Origin: Ylistrum balloti
Lineage: Eukaryota
Assembly: GCF_031769215.1 (NCBI RefSeq)
Contig: NW_026782093.1
Location: forward strand, 248,001 to 312,000
Direction of reading: 5' to 3'
Length of the DNA stretch: 64,000 bases
Shown here one piece after another: positions 49,494-64,000 of this stretch. A program made the translations under genes and the position numbers. Under the pieces are notes generated by a model that made no database searches, was not told where the DNA came from, and was given only the letters and a program-made list of their open reading frames with translations. Each line of letters starts with the position of its first letter. Position 1 is the first letter of the stretch.

Positions 49494-52400
49494 CTGTATA
49501 CAATATAACAGGAGGGGTCAAGTGTGATATAGATATAGGGTGGACTCTGTACACACAGCATGTACAAACATCCATATAAAATGTACATGCTTTCCAAATC
49601 AGCACCCATAAAATACCTGAAACATGAACCAGATACATATCAAGCCAGCAGACACCACAAAAGTTAGAAGAAAATTTCAAATTCCAGAAAAAATCTTACA
49701 ACGATTTACAAATGTGAAACAGACTTGGACACTAGGACAAAGAAATTTTTTTTCTAAATAATTTTGCAGGCTTTAGTTTAAACCAATTAACTTGTTGAAA
49801 GAGTTGAGACTACTGAAAGTTCTCTGCAGGCCTATGAAAAACAGTAGTTAATCAGTGGTCACCACAAGATTAACTACACTTGTGTTTTTTAAATACCTCA
49901 TGTCTGGGGCTGCGTCACAAGTCTTTACCAGCTAGACAAGACTTTGATGTATAACAGGCATATCATTTGTCTGCCAGGTCAAACATCAATCAATATTCAA
50001 ACTCACCTGCCATCAAATCTCAAGTCCACACCTCTGACATCAGTAGATGACTGAACAGTTATTTTGCATGAACACATGTTTTACCTGTACATCAAGACAT
50101 TAAACACTTGTCTATAAATGTCCTGTATCTACCTTCTGTCAATAAACAATATCGAGTAAACACACTACAAATCTATCAGAAACACTAACAAACCCTGGGG
50201 TAGTGATCTACACCAGACTGATCCATTGAAAAGATATTGTAGATCACAAAGTCAGTCACATATTACAGGAGTTGACAACAGTAGGCTGTATATAACCTGC
50301 ATAATTAGCCAAGTGCTCCAGGGAAAGGCTGACAATTTTACCAGTATGTGAAAGGTTAATTGATCTGATTAGAAACAGGTCACAAAGTTTGATCTATTCA
50401 AACTAATTCACAAAACTCTCCACAGGCCTTGCTCTGAAATTCTTGTCAATGTTGAGATCTCGGACAAATTGCTTTCACACCATTTCAGTAAACTTATTCT
50501 ATACCACATGATATTCTGATCATAAGATTAGTGTAAGGACTTTCTATTTAGAAACAGTACCTGGTATGTCCACATAAATCATGTCTTGAATTAGAATTCA
50601 AAGTCCCTATAAACATAACATTGGTACCACATGCTCAGCATTAAGCCCACCCTCGGCTTTAGAACTGACCTAAAAAGAAAGAATCTACTATTTCGTCACA
50701 GTAAAACCTCCTGAACTAGTTGTCACTTGTCTCAATGATATCTGCTTACCTTTAAAGTTCACTGTCTTTTAAGCAAATCTTATTATATATTCCCCTATTA
50801 AAATTGCTATAACTTCTTCAAATGAAGACATTTTTTAAGAAGGGTATTCTCTCATGAACAAAAAATGTGCCTGCAACCTACAATATTTATCGCCACAAAA
50901 TTACCTCCCACTCTGCAGAGTACGCAAATTACAGAATAGCGTCATAGTACATGTTGTTAGCTTTCTAAACAGCAGCAGATTTTGGTGAAATTATAAACAG
51001 GCCTGGGCTTATTTCTGGAAAATTACGGCATACGATGCAAAACACCAAAGGGAGGTAATTTCTTGACGTCCCCATTCTTGAATTTGCAATATTTAACTTT
51101 GAAATGGCTCTGTATAACTACAAAAGAGACTTTACCCTGTGTGTCATTGTGTGATGATATTCTGTAAAAATTAGGACTGTGATGCCTATTTGTCCTCCAT
51201 TACTTCTTCGAAGACGTTCGAGAGTTTATCAACCTAACACATGAATTATCTGGCATGTTTGATTGACACAGTTATCACTGCAGTGATGCAGTCAATCATG
51301 TAGATATGGGTATTTGTAAATAGAAATGTTTCTACGTTTATGACAGCTTTTACTAGAATATAAAATAAAAAACCTCCGTGAATTGTGAGATCTGATGCTC
51401 ATTTGAATTTTAAGTATATAAACTTTTTTTTATTGCAGTGTAATAAAAACCCTATCGGATATTCTGTTCTCCTTAGCTGTATTATGAATGCATACAAATG
51501 CTACAGTGTGACTTTAAATATATGTATAATTTGTTTTTCAGGTTTTCCCACACTGCTGTCTGACCAGCTTGACTTATTAATTGTATAGAAAACTTAACAT
51601 ACAATTAAAACATCATGTGACATATCTCATATATATTCCTTACTAAGGCATTTGTCAAGGACTCTTGTCCCACCTATATATCATATGTAAAAATATAGAC
51701 AAGTTATCTTAAAGATGTCACTCTGTTTACCTGGCAATTTCCCAAGGCCTTTTAATAAGCCCACCCATTTATATTGCAGTGTAGTATCAGTATGTAATTA
51801 CTAGTATATATTATCCTATATAATATGCAAATTCCCTGACTTCAAGTCAGTGGTACGATTAATATAGTGAACATCACAACTGCATATTGTCCCTTCTCCT
51901 CATCACAAATTTTTAAAAGCATTCTATACGTATAAGTCAATCACATTCTTTACCTTAATTTGAAAATTTTAAGAAATTATATTACCAGCGTATTCCCATT
52001 GACCCATATATTCCTGCATTAGTCAGAATATTTCAGTGACACTTCAAGTAAAATCTTGTTCCAGCCGTTTCAATAATAAAATTTGACAGAGATTTGTATA
52101 TGTTTTGAAGGTACAGATGTAAGATGTGACTCGTCGGAGAATTTTTTGTGATGGAAGGTCTGTATAGCGGACATATTAGTTATAAACGCTGTCAGAATTT
52201 TTAATATTTATATTACGGCAGTTTTTTTTTTTTACATCCGTAACACGTATATTAGTGACATGTCTGTCAACAACATTTACGTATGTCAAATATCTGACCT
52301 GTTGTTTATCTTTTGTCAAATGGAAAATGTGAAATGTATATTTCTTGCCTTGGGTTTTGCAACATTTCACTGTCAATTCTGACACTTTGTGTGCTATCTG

Positions 52401-53599
52401 CAAAGTCAATACTCAAATCTGAGAAGACTATGTCATTATGATTGTGAACACTTCAATAGTTCACTGTTGAAGAAAACTTTGATGCATTCGTAAGAAGACC
52501 TTATGAACAAATTTGGACACAATTTAATCCCCAAAGTGCCTTTTTGTAGCAAAAACTTCAAGATAAATGTTATACACACCTTAAATGACACATAAATTAA
52601 ATTTTTTAACTTCAAATATTTTAAGAATTACCTCATTTAGAACCATGACCGAGTCCACTTCTATGTCCGAACATACATCCTATGTTACATTTTTCCTTCC
52701 TGAATGGCAGCGAATCATGACTTTTTCGTAGCACACAATTCTAACATTCCAACAAAACATCTATGACATCTAACCATATTCTGTCTCTCTTTATCGCAAC
52801 TCTGACTGTCAAATTCACAGTATCTTATATCTCTCCGCTCTATCCTGGTAGCTCCTGGTGATACACTGCGACAGCCTGTAATTACCTGTAACTTCCATCT
52901 GGCTACAGGTAGACACACCCTGTCTCCTCAACTATTACAGACAATATGTGGCCGAGTTCCCCCTCCCCACCATGACTAGGCACTCTCCCTAGTAAGTTCC
53001 CAGGATCCCCATCACAGCTGCTACTGCTGCTGCTGTGTTTGGGGCATGACAGTAAATATCGCCTAGACAGCTTGGGCTCAAGGGATACAATGCATGCACA
53101 CTCTAGGTTTGGGGATAAAACATTGGAATAATTTCATAAGAATTCTTGGCTATCCATCTATATATTTTTCTGAGGATGATTTCTTTAACTACAGAATTTC
53201 TTCTGAAAAACCCAGTAAAAAGGAGACAAGAATAACCTGAACATGTCTGAGGGCTGATATAACATCCAGCAGTTTCCTCTTGTTAATATACATCAGTAAA
53301 ATGTGTGGGTGTTTTTATCAGAAAATGTTGAAAAGAAACTTTGAATTACCTTGAATAACCTGACATGGTTACCACATGAAAGCATGCCTTTGCTATAAAA
53401 AAATAAACTTGTTAGATGTTTTCACATGAAACTGGTGACATTTAACTGCTTGGCAACTGTATAATAACCTTTGATCTGTGTCCTAATTTTAAAATACTCT
53501 AAGTTAAATAACTTGTGTAATGGAATCATTAGATTAGTTCAGATCCAGTCCATACTTTGAACAAAAAAGTCAAACCAGGAAGCCTACCCATCAATTCCT

Positions 53600-54300
53600 G
53601 AACCTAACACCGAACTGGGAGCTCAACTGGACCGGCTCCTCATCCTAACATAGAACTCGGACAGAGCTTAACTGGACCCTTCCTCATCCTAACATAGAAC
53701 TCGGACAGAGCTTAACTGGACCCTTCCTCATCCTAATATAGAACTCAGACAGAGCTTAACTGGACCCACTTCTCATCCTAACATAGAACTTAGACAGAGC
53801 TTAGCTGGACCCTTCCTCATCCTAACATAGAACTCGGACAGAGCTTAGCTGCACCCTTCCTCATCCTAACATAGAACTCGGACAGAGCTTAACTGTACCC
53901 TTCCTCATCCTAACATAGAACTTAGACAGAGCTTAGCTGGACCCTTCCTCATCCTAACATAGAACTCGGACAGAGCTTAGCTGCACCCTTCCTCATCCTA
54001 ACATAGAACTCAGGCAGAGCTTAACTGCACCCTTCCTCATCCTAACATAGAACTCAGGCAGAGCTTAACTGTACCCTTCCTCATCCTAACATAGAACTCA
54101 GACAGAGCTTAACTGGACCCTTCCTCATCCTAATATAGAACTCAGACAGAGCTTAACTGTACCCTTCCTCATCCTAACATAGAACTCGGACAGAGCTTAA
54201 CTGTACCCTTCCTCATCCTAACATAGAACTCGGACAGAGCTTAACTGTAACCCCCCCCCTCCATCCTTATCCTAACACAGAACTAGGACAGAGCTTAATT
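53600..54300. repeat. 44-bp minisatellite, ~16 units
   Basis: Unit cccttcctcatcctaacatagaactcggacagagcttaactgga, e.g. catcct at 53641, 53685 and 53729. Confidence 0.95.
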
Positions 54301-56569
54301 CCCCATCTTCATCACAACAGTGCCCACCCAAACATCTGATCTAACCCCTTCCCTAGCTCGCCCCCTCTAACCAACTTCCTCCCCCCCCCCTAGCTCACAC
54401 TCACAGCACCCCCTCTAACCAACTTCCTCTCCCCCCACCCCCTTTCCTACTCTCCTCTACACATACAGAAAGCAGTCGATCCCTCCCCACCCTAATTTCT
54501 GATCTAACCAGTTTTCTGTGTAGTTGATAACATCTGTCAGCACATAATACCTGGCTCTATCTGCCTGCTGATTTTTTCTCCATCAGGAAAACAAGATGGC
54601 TGACTAATTTTAAACAGATACTCTTTTTAACAACAGCTTAGTTTCCTTAATTCTTGTTTCATGCTCATTTCCCATGGATTCTGTCGCAATTCTGTATCGA
54701 CAATTGACCGTGTATGTAGATATCTCACTATAACAAACAACTTTACAAGTAAACAATCTTACAGTATATCTTTTCTACAATCAACAAAGCCTTTTTTAAA
54801 AAGCTTTTTGTTAGCTTTTTCAATAGTTCTCCTTAGTCATTTCATATATTTCTTCATGTTTTAATATTTTGTCAAAATTTTTGAACAAAATTGTAAATTC
54901 TTTACAAATATGTTAAACATCTTTCATTCAGAAGTTCCTATCATTTTTGTCCTCGTAAATATGCAGGCCTGGGTCATTATGAATTCCAAGGTAATGAGAT
55001 ATTAGAAATAATTTTATGTAAAATATGTTTTTGAGAAAACAAAATCTGTTTTCAACCTCTTTCATTAAGCTGACAAGCCGTATGGGAGGCCAGCACTGTA
55101 ATGTGTGAGTGAAAACACAGACTCTATTTGTAAAACGAAAACTTTATCAAATCATAGAAATGAATGACCACCTCGTATTATAAACAAAGTCTTTAAAAAA
55201 AGTTCAATTCAACTGAATTTCACAAATCATTCACATTTTGAAGCTGACAAATCATTAAATAAAAGTCAAGTACACTTACCAGCTTGGCACTGTCAACTTA
55301 ATTAAAAGTCAGCTAAATTTATTAACCAAAAAAGTTTTTAATTTTCACTGAAATCTATGATTAGAGATGTGTAAAAATTTATAACGGCTCTCAAAAAGAA
55401 AAAATTCAATGTACTACAACATTATACATATCAAAAGTTATGAGTAGGACCTCTCTGTAAGTTAACCATACTTGGAGCACAGATCTATGTGAGAATGTTT
55501 ACTACACATTTATGTATTAACACAGCTAATGAAAATGTTCTGACATCAACTCTCTTACTTTCACATAATAATGTCTGTCTGACCTCATGAAACATACCGA
55601 AAAAATCAACAATAAATGATTCGATAAGGCAGTATCACTCTATGTAAAAAGATCCACAATTAAATCAACGGAGATATACACAGCACCTAACTCAATTTTT
55701 ATAAATTACACAAAATTCTGTCTTCTATCTTCATACCTCCCATTTGAGTCACAAGTATATTTTATTTATCTGTTTTATTTCTTGATAATAATGACAAACA
55801 AATTGAAAAATGTAAGCTAACATCTCTTATATCCTGTCTTAGAATTGAATTATTTTTTCAAGGGCAACTTATCAGAGAATTTGCAATGAATATGAGGACT
55901 GGTACTTCCCATTCTTACGCATACTACTAATTTTTATCTAAATTGAAACCATTTAGGGTACAATTTTTAAAAGCATTTTCAAAAGTTGTTATGCCAATGA
56001 AAAACATATAAGCATTTTTAAGAGTCGTCCAATCAAAAACAAGTTAATGAAAGTAGAGCGTTTGCACTGACTTGAAGTTATAGGTTACCACACACATTAA
56101 AACCCTGCAGATAGCCCTGAATATAGTGACAAATTGTAATGAACTTTAAGGAAGGCCCTTCCTTTTAATGCAAGGTATTGAAATTCATTTAAATTCTATT
56201 TATATGGCACTTTTCTACTACTATCTATCAAATCACATCTTTTGATACCATCTTTTAATGCAAATTTCATATTTAACATACATCATCTAAGTGTCAGAAA
56301 GAGAGTTCTCTCCAGTTCAAACCACAAAGTACAACTCAGTGCTCATATACCACACACTTTTCACATAGAGATGTAGGTAGAATCATGAAAGGCTTAAACA
56401 TTGTTGTAAAACTCTCTGATTTTGAAGTACAGGTTACCAGATCCACATGTGGTGCAGACCACCTTCTGAGTAGTTAGCTTATCTAGGATTTCAGGAAATA
56501 TTTATTTTCTAAAAGAGCAATCATCTCCTTATACTTTCACTTCTGTTCTGCAAGATGAATTGCAGGTAT

Positions 56570-56830
56570 CTGTGTTAGATTGACCTTGACCTTTGATGTC
56601 TGTATTAAACTGACCTTGACCTCTGATATCTGTATTACCTTGCCTTTGTTGACATTGGTATTAAATTGTCATTGACATTTGTTAGATATCTATTTTACAT
56701 TGACCTTGACCTTTAATGACTTTGGTATCTGTATTACCTAGATCTTGATCTATGGTGTATATTGCAGATCTCTCTATTAGAGTGACCTTGAACTTTTTCA
56801 TCTGTATTACATTGACCTTGACCTTGAAAC
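56570..56830. repeat. Degenerate ~30-bp repeat built on TGACCTTGA
   Basis: TGACCTTGA at 56581, 56611, 56701, 56783, 56813 and 56819, mostly preceded by (tc)tgtatta or (tc)tattttac-like stretches. Confidence 0.7.
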
Positions 56831-59800
56831 CTTAAAGTAGATCTGTTTTTATGTCGGCCTTGAAAACATACACAAACTGATTTCACAGACTTTTCTTACA
56901 GAGATTCTAAATCAAGTGAGTTCATATAGCTTTGCTGTTGATATTTGCTTCAGAGACATTGTCAAATGCTTTACAAATGATACCATTTAAGACAGATTTT
57001 GATAATTAAAATGTGTGATTATTTGAGTACCTAATTAGGTCATTATAACGCCGCCTAAATGTCCCTCCATGTCTGCATAAATGACAGCAAATGTGTTTGG
57101 CTATTCCTAATCAGATTAAAATTACGTTACAACAGTTTTGATGCATCACATAGGAAAAAGGACACCTCAAGCATGTGCATTCCAAACATTCCGAACACTC
57201 ATCTCAAAATCTGGAATTAATAACCGAACTAGTAATTAATTAAAATCACATGAAATAAATCTGTTTGTTATTTCAATTATGGGTATTTGATAAGATTAAA
57301 TTGAGATAAGGTAGTTTTGTTAACAGATTCTGTAAAATGTGCATCTGACTATGCCCCCAGGTATAGGTGGTTCTGCAAATCCACCTTAAAAGGTAAGATT
57401 AGACTAATAACGCTTCCAAGAAATAATCATCTAAACAAAAGTTCTGAATTTCTACAAATTTTTGAGAAATTAACTTCACAGAATTAGCTGTGAATTACAA
57501 ATACATATTTTTGTTTTCTTTTTTTTTAACTTAATGCAGACTGTTGATGGTGCCAACAAGATGAAGTGACTGTTTTTTCTTCTTTCATTCTGTAAACTTG
57601 TGTAACTAAAGACCTGTATTATCCAAAACCTAACCTGTATCATCGACAACCTGTATGAAGCAGAACATTTGCAAAAAATACTGTTACCATTTAAAAAGTC
57701 CTTTTTCTTTTATGAAACTTCATCATTTCCAAATAAATGTCTACATTATATATAATCCCTGTGGTGTTGTGATTGAGGCTTGTTACATGACAAATATACC
57801 ATTAAAGAAACAAATGAAGACAGATGTGTCTCCACTTGTCAGAGACTACACGTTAAAGACATTTGTGTAATTTGTACAAAACATCCATCACCACACCAGA
57901 TGTATAAGAAATGAAATAGTGGAGTATAGACTTCAGAAACCGTAGAACTAGTACGATATTAACTCAACATCTCACCTCCTTAATTAACTCACCAGGCATT
58001 TAATCAACAAACCTTTATTCAATGAGCACACTTCTTAGAATCACAAAATTACCTATATTTATATATAAACAATACAGATTACTCAGAACTGTACAAAGAT
58101 CCATGCTCCAGTAGTCATTACTGGTATACACATTTTGGACAAATCTTCACAACATGTGTGCAATATCGAATTTTAATAATCTTAAAAATTTATATATATG
58201 GGTTCTGATGCCAAATATTTATGAAAGTCAAGTCTGATATACTACTAGATATCTCACAAATAAAATTTTTTTTTAATCTCCACCGTAAAATATGATATAT
58301 TAGGTTGGCTTGCTAGAAATTGTGGACTTGTAACAGGTAAAATATGGTAGTTGTAATACAATACAGTGAAATACATGTTATTGGAGTATATACTGAGTGT
58401 GGAACTGATAAAACTTCCGTTCCACTTGAGTACAACAAGCTTCGACTGAGGATCGAGAGGTAACTTTATTCATATCTACAATTGTTTGTAGAGAGCTAAT
58501 AAACAGACCAGACTATCACAATGCATGACAAACCAAATTCGTATTACAGTTTTACCCACCACTTCAAAATATTAATAACTTTCAATCTCATTTTGAAAGA
58601 TTTATTAGAATTAAAAATATCTTTATAATATCAAATCCACAATCTTATAATCTTGCTTGAATGAAGTAAAGTGGGTTTGTAGGTCTTTGTAAAGTTTTCT
58701 GCCTCTCAACATTCAGAGTTTGTATTAAAACACTGCCATTCATTTAAAACAGATGATCTTAACCAGCTAATATCAGATTGATTTTTAGGGCATGTATTTA
58801 AATTTAGGTCTCATAAAAAGATTAAGTAATTTTCATACAGTGAATCTTAAAGTTTTAAAAACACCATATGTGAAGATTTCATGGGAACGAGAGAGCTGGG
58901 AGCAGACAAATTGTCTTGCAGACAGATAGGATAAAAAAAATCTTATCTGACAATTATCAAAACAAGTATTTACTATACTCTCAATTAATGTCAGATGTGG
59001 CACACCTTTGACCCCTACATCTGTGGAATGAACTCTACCCTTTTAGTATCTCCTATAGAGATTGTACCATCTGTAATCTACATTGTAGGGTGTCGAGGAG
59101 GTTTCAAGGTCATTTGAAGGTCAATTCTGACAATTCTTAAACATATTGGTATCATTAGATGCTCAGACTACACCCAAGCATGGTCAATAAATTCATCACT
59201 CAAGCATATGACCTTGTCTGATATTTATTTTTTGTTTCATTTCAAAATATTTTAAATGCTTGCAACAGGCACATACAACAAATTTTGACAAACACTGCTC
59301 AATGTCTTAAATTCAGTTGAACTGATTTGTGTATAATTGTTAGGAAACCGCATCTAAATAATTGATGAAGATGATTACAGGTGAGTAAAATCCTTGTGAT
59401 ATCTTCCTAACTTGAAGGTCTCTGAGGATATTTTCTGGACCTTGAACTGATCAAGTTAAACAAGGAAGAATGTAAGAATTATCTCCATTGTCAAAGTCGT
59501 GCTATAGATACTGGGGAAACAGGCAATAATGACATGCGTCTTATAAAGTCAAGAAGGCGATGAGTCAAGGATTGTTTGTATAGGTACTTAAACATCTGTG
59601 TGTTTGGCCCTGTAGATGCTATTTCCTGGAAAGTGTTACGATGTATATTATGTAAGTGAAGATTGGATGATATTTAAAAAACTTTTCATCTCTTTAAAAT
59701 TTTAATTATTGTCATATGTTAATGTAATTCAAAGCTGAAATGTCGTCTTACGGAATTATAAATGGTTGCTGGGATTTTTTTTCAATCTGCACATCAATAC

Positions 59801-62800
59801 TGTCTTGCAGTAAACATGTTTTCATGTCACTAATAATTACCATAACTTTAGTATGCAAATAAGTACCTGCATCCACCTCTGTTGCCAAAAACAAAAGATT
59901 AAAAAATCCCACCCTCCCTACAGTCCCTCAAGTTCTGTATATTTCTTTGACTAGCCAACTCATCATACACTCACAAGCAGTTTCTTTTATCAGTTAATAC
60001 ACTATTAAACCCTATAAAGAAACGCTTATCACTAGAATGTCCCCTCCAAGCCCTCCCTGAAGTGGCCAGCCATAATTAATTTGTATAAAGCCGACTTTAC
60101 TCTAAACACTTACAAAATAAACAAATACATTTTATTAATTAGTAGCCATTTTTCAAGTTTGAAAACTCCCCATGATGCTTTATTTTCAGAATTGTTCATG
60201 ATATAGCATTTGTTATCCTTAGGTTAAAGAGAGTGGTCAGTCTAGGCGATGGTCAGTGTGCCTGGGGACACCAGACAAACCAATCTCCTGATAGTCTCGT
60301 CCAATAACAAGGCAGCATTAGTACCTAGATCTATTAATAGATATGGTCAGTTTAGGTCAGACCAAAGGTAGATTCCAAATAGAAACATCAACAGATAAGC
60401 TAACCAGTAAAGGAAATCTGACACAATAAATCCTTCAGGGCCTAACTGTGTTACTGCTATGATACAATTGTTATACCTTAACAGCAAACGTGCCTCCAAG
60501 GCTAAGTTATCAAGTTTAATCGTATCTTGTATATATGGAGTGTTCCCTTGAATGAGTGACAATACTATCTTGTCAGGTCTAATCAGGATATATGTCTAAT
60601 TCTACTGGTTTGCAATGTACTGACAGCCAACACTACTTTAACAATTTAACAAGGCAAATCAATTGGTATTGTGATTCAAAGATATGAACATGTGTAACAG
60701 AAAGGATGATAAAGGACCTAACCCTCCATCTACATGAAGACACGAGATAAAGACTTAGAAGAATACATCATATGTATATACCTTGTATGAACAAGAAATA
60801 CTCCAGACAAAAAATTCAAAGTGAGGTAATCACCAAAGGGCCATAACTCTTGCTGCATGTAATGTCAACACATGAGTTGATTTTAGTATGCAGTAATTTC
60901 CAACGAACTATGGAGGTTTGAACAACGGTTGATTAACAATGCAAATAACAAAGAAACTAAATTTTTCCATTCGGCATCCTTAATTACTTAAAACAAATTT
61001 TCAATCTATCAATCAAGTGTATCTGCAACAGATATGGTTATCAAAGCCGGATGTAAATTTCCCCGACAGAATCTGCAATTTCCAGTTTTTATCAGAAAAT
61101 TCCTTGCGAAAAATTATTTTTTAAGATAAACAACGTACCTGGTGCATATTATTTAATGTACATACAAGAATGAGATGCCACATCTAAGCTTCAGAAACCT
61201 TGTCCCATGTCTACCTATAATGTAAACCTTTAAAATATACCTTTACTTACTGTTCCAATGTTTTTTGACAGGTAACAATCAAGTATTCATGACAAAATTT
61301 GCCGTAAAATACCTACAATGTATGTTCTGACAGTCTCCATATTGAGAAAGGAATGCAAGGTATGGACTGGTCCCACCATTTGATCTACATTCCTATAAAT
61401 ATTTCGTCAAAATTATTCTATAGAAAAAACGTTACACTACACATTGAGGTTTAACAGATGTGTAGCCTGGCTTAACATTCTATTTGTACATTAAGGGTTT
61501 CTTTCTTCTAATGTCACAAAACAGTTTTACAGGTAGCTAGACTTTTTAAGCTGTTATATAAAGGTAAGTTAACGACTTTACACACCTGTCAACAATACCC
61601 CGAGTTTTATTACTTAATTATATACATTTATATACAGAGTTTTTTCTTCAATTCCACATTAAACGTTATTGATAGGTTGTCAGTTAAGTCACAATTACCT
61701 CTAGGTACCACAGTGTTCATTTAGTCTGGATGTCTCACCTGTTGACGAGGTAAAGAACAAAGAGACTTATGGACATCAGGTGTATATATATATATCTTCC
61801 CTAAAGAGGTTTCATTATATATAAATGTAAGAAAGAGGTGTTTAATTTGTTTCTGACACTTGACTGACATCAAACCACTTGATGAAATTAGCGTTCATGG
61901 AATAAATGTTTTGTTGAAATACCATTCTGGAATAAATTTGTCTATATATACAAGGTAAGTCATTCTTTTGGAAATGGTTTACATTGCTTATAACAAGAGG
62001 TAGAAAGAATTGTTCAGAACAATTAGTCTCCTCAACAAAGCCCTCAAGTCTTATACTTACAACATTACAACAATTAAAAGATTTAATCTTGGTTTTTAAA
62101 AGAGTGTTGTTTTCTTGTTCTTGAGAAAGGATGTCAAATTGGTACCATCAGTATAATAAAAAAACTATGTTGTTTACAAGGATATAGATTCACATGTCAT
62201 GTACCAGCCACCATTATAATTTTTAATAAAAAATTATTTGATAATCTGAAATGCATTAATCACGGAATTATACAGCATATGATGGATTATCCCGAAGTTA
62301 GGATACCAACATAACAGACGGAGATCTTATCAATTCATTAAACAAAATAAACACAACTGTTAAACCTTGTTATCAGGCCAGACTGACCACTGGCTATCTC
62401 TGTAATAACACAGAACACTGACATTTAGTGATGTAACCTGGGTTAAGTATGCTCCCCTTTAGGCACATATATACAATTGTTTATCAACAGTCTGTGGTTC
62501 TGGTCACATGACCAACCAACGATATATATCCGATATATATCTGCAACTGGAAACTCAATATATTGCTGTTGCTAATTTCTTAGTTAGAGTCCAACTCAAA
62601 ATCTGGAGACCAAAATTTGTACAAAAATAATAGAAGAAGGAATTGTTTGTCAATTCACTAGTACCATGTGTGTGTTTGTCTGTCTATCTCCCTCATACTA
62701 GGTCAATACTTGTATAGATCAATCACCTGGACCAGCTGGACACAATTCACATCAACCTTACAGGTTAACACCTACATACTTAACATGTAATGTTAATTTG

Positions 62801-64000
62801 TAGTGGACCTCAATTAAGGAGTGTCTCTGCTCATCATTTAGACTATCAAAATTTCAACTTGAACACACAGAAGGTAAATGTTGATTTATGAAACAGCTGA
62901 CTCTAAAAATGTCTTGTGTTTAAGGAGATCTGGTTACACTAGATTTAAACAGACTTCTTTAATGTTCTCAAAGGAATGGACTTCAAAGACAGTTTACCCC
63001 AAATTGATTTAATTTGAAGATGCTTTAAACAAACACTTGTCAATGAAATAACATATTAATAAGCAATACAAAATATTAGAAATCCACTCTTCTTAAACAA
63101 TAAAAGATAGAATATTTTTTCTCTTAAATATTTTCAATAAAATGAGGATTGAATTGATACCTAAGCAGTTTATTCTTAATTAACAAATGAAAGTCACATT
63201 ATGTTACATGTGTGGCAACTCCCAAACCATTGTTACAACTGGTTACTGTGTATTTCCTTTCCAGTCAATTGTCACAGGATCTCTGTATACATCTGAATCA
63301 GACACCAATCATCATGACACTAGGTTAGCCCAGACATAACACCAAGGCCATTCGCCAGTTCGTTGCAACATGTTCACAGGTTTCATGCATAATGGATCGA
63401 AGTCTTATCGTCACGTCACGTAAAAAAAATATAAAATGTATATAAATCACCTCCGAGCAATTTTGTGAATGAACAGTGTTTAAAAAAAAAAAAAAACGTG
63501 TCTGCCAAAGTTTGAATCTGTTGAGTGAGTCAACAGTCATGTCATATATCTGTTACATTTATATCAATTACTGAGCAAATATCTGGCTATTTTATAGCTT
63601 TCCGTGTTATCAGACAGCTGTCCTGTTCAATCTTCCACAGAATGACCAATGCGAATTAAAATTCCTCAGCATAAGACGTTATGACAATAAACCTATCGTA
63701 ATCAGGATATATAGCACTTATCAGGTCTTTACGAAACAGAAAACATACTTTCGCTATAAACCAAGCCCTCCAAGATTTTTTCTACTTCTATTCATCAAAA
63801 GAATCTGCAATCTGTTTGAAAGAAATAAAATCTGTGCTAATTGTCATGTAATAACTTAAAAAAACATCACCCCACACAGACTTCAACTTATTTAACAGTT
63901 TATCACAGCGACGTTCAACACCTACTCGTTGGTGTAAAATGATTTTATATTTGTGAAATTCTTTTCACACTTTTACATAATGAGAGATTTTTATCTTCTT

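Overview
AT-rich, intron-containing animal DNA, most likely from a bivalve or other lophotrochozoan (inferred from the repeat families and base composition). It contains no prokaryotic features. The left ~25 kb is a cluster of SLC16/monocarboxylate-transporter (MCT)-like genes. It holds the 3' end of a + strand gene (395-1165) and two intact-looking - strand copies of 455 aa each (3494-7151 and 14825-18545) inside an ~10-12 kb tandem duplication (about 1066-11247 and 11248-23321). It also holds a truncated last-exon remnant at the junction and a frameshifted orphan first coding exon (24525-24818). Transposon debris here includes Penelope-like RT remnants, a tRNA-derived SINE, Tc1 remnants, a non-autonomous Crypton-like tyrosine-recombinase element, a MULE remnant and a degenerate hammerhead ribozyme. 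From 33282 to at least 43447 on the - strand is an NCKAP5/NCKAP5L-like gene of about 1900 aa or more, with a 3-kb exon; its 5' exons were not confidently found. The right ~20 kb is mostly intronic or intergenic, with 30-bp and 44-bp minisatellites. The most notable points are: loss of the SLC16 TM8 Arg in both intact MCT copies, a substitution hotspot at a substrate-pocket-aligned position between the duplicates, recombinase-core-site-like geometry at the Crypton-like ends, and a minisatellite present as one unit in one duplicate and about six in the other. All exon calls and alignments were made by hand.
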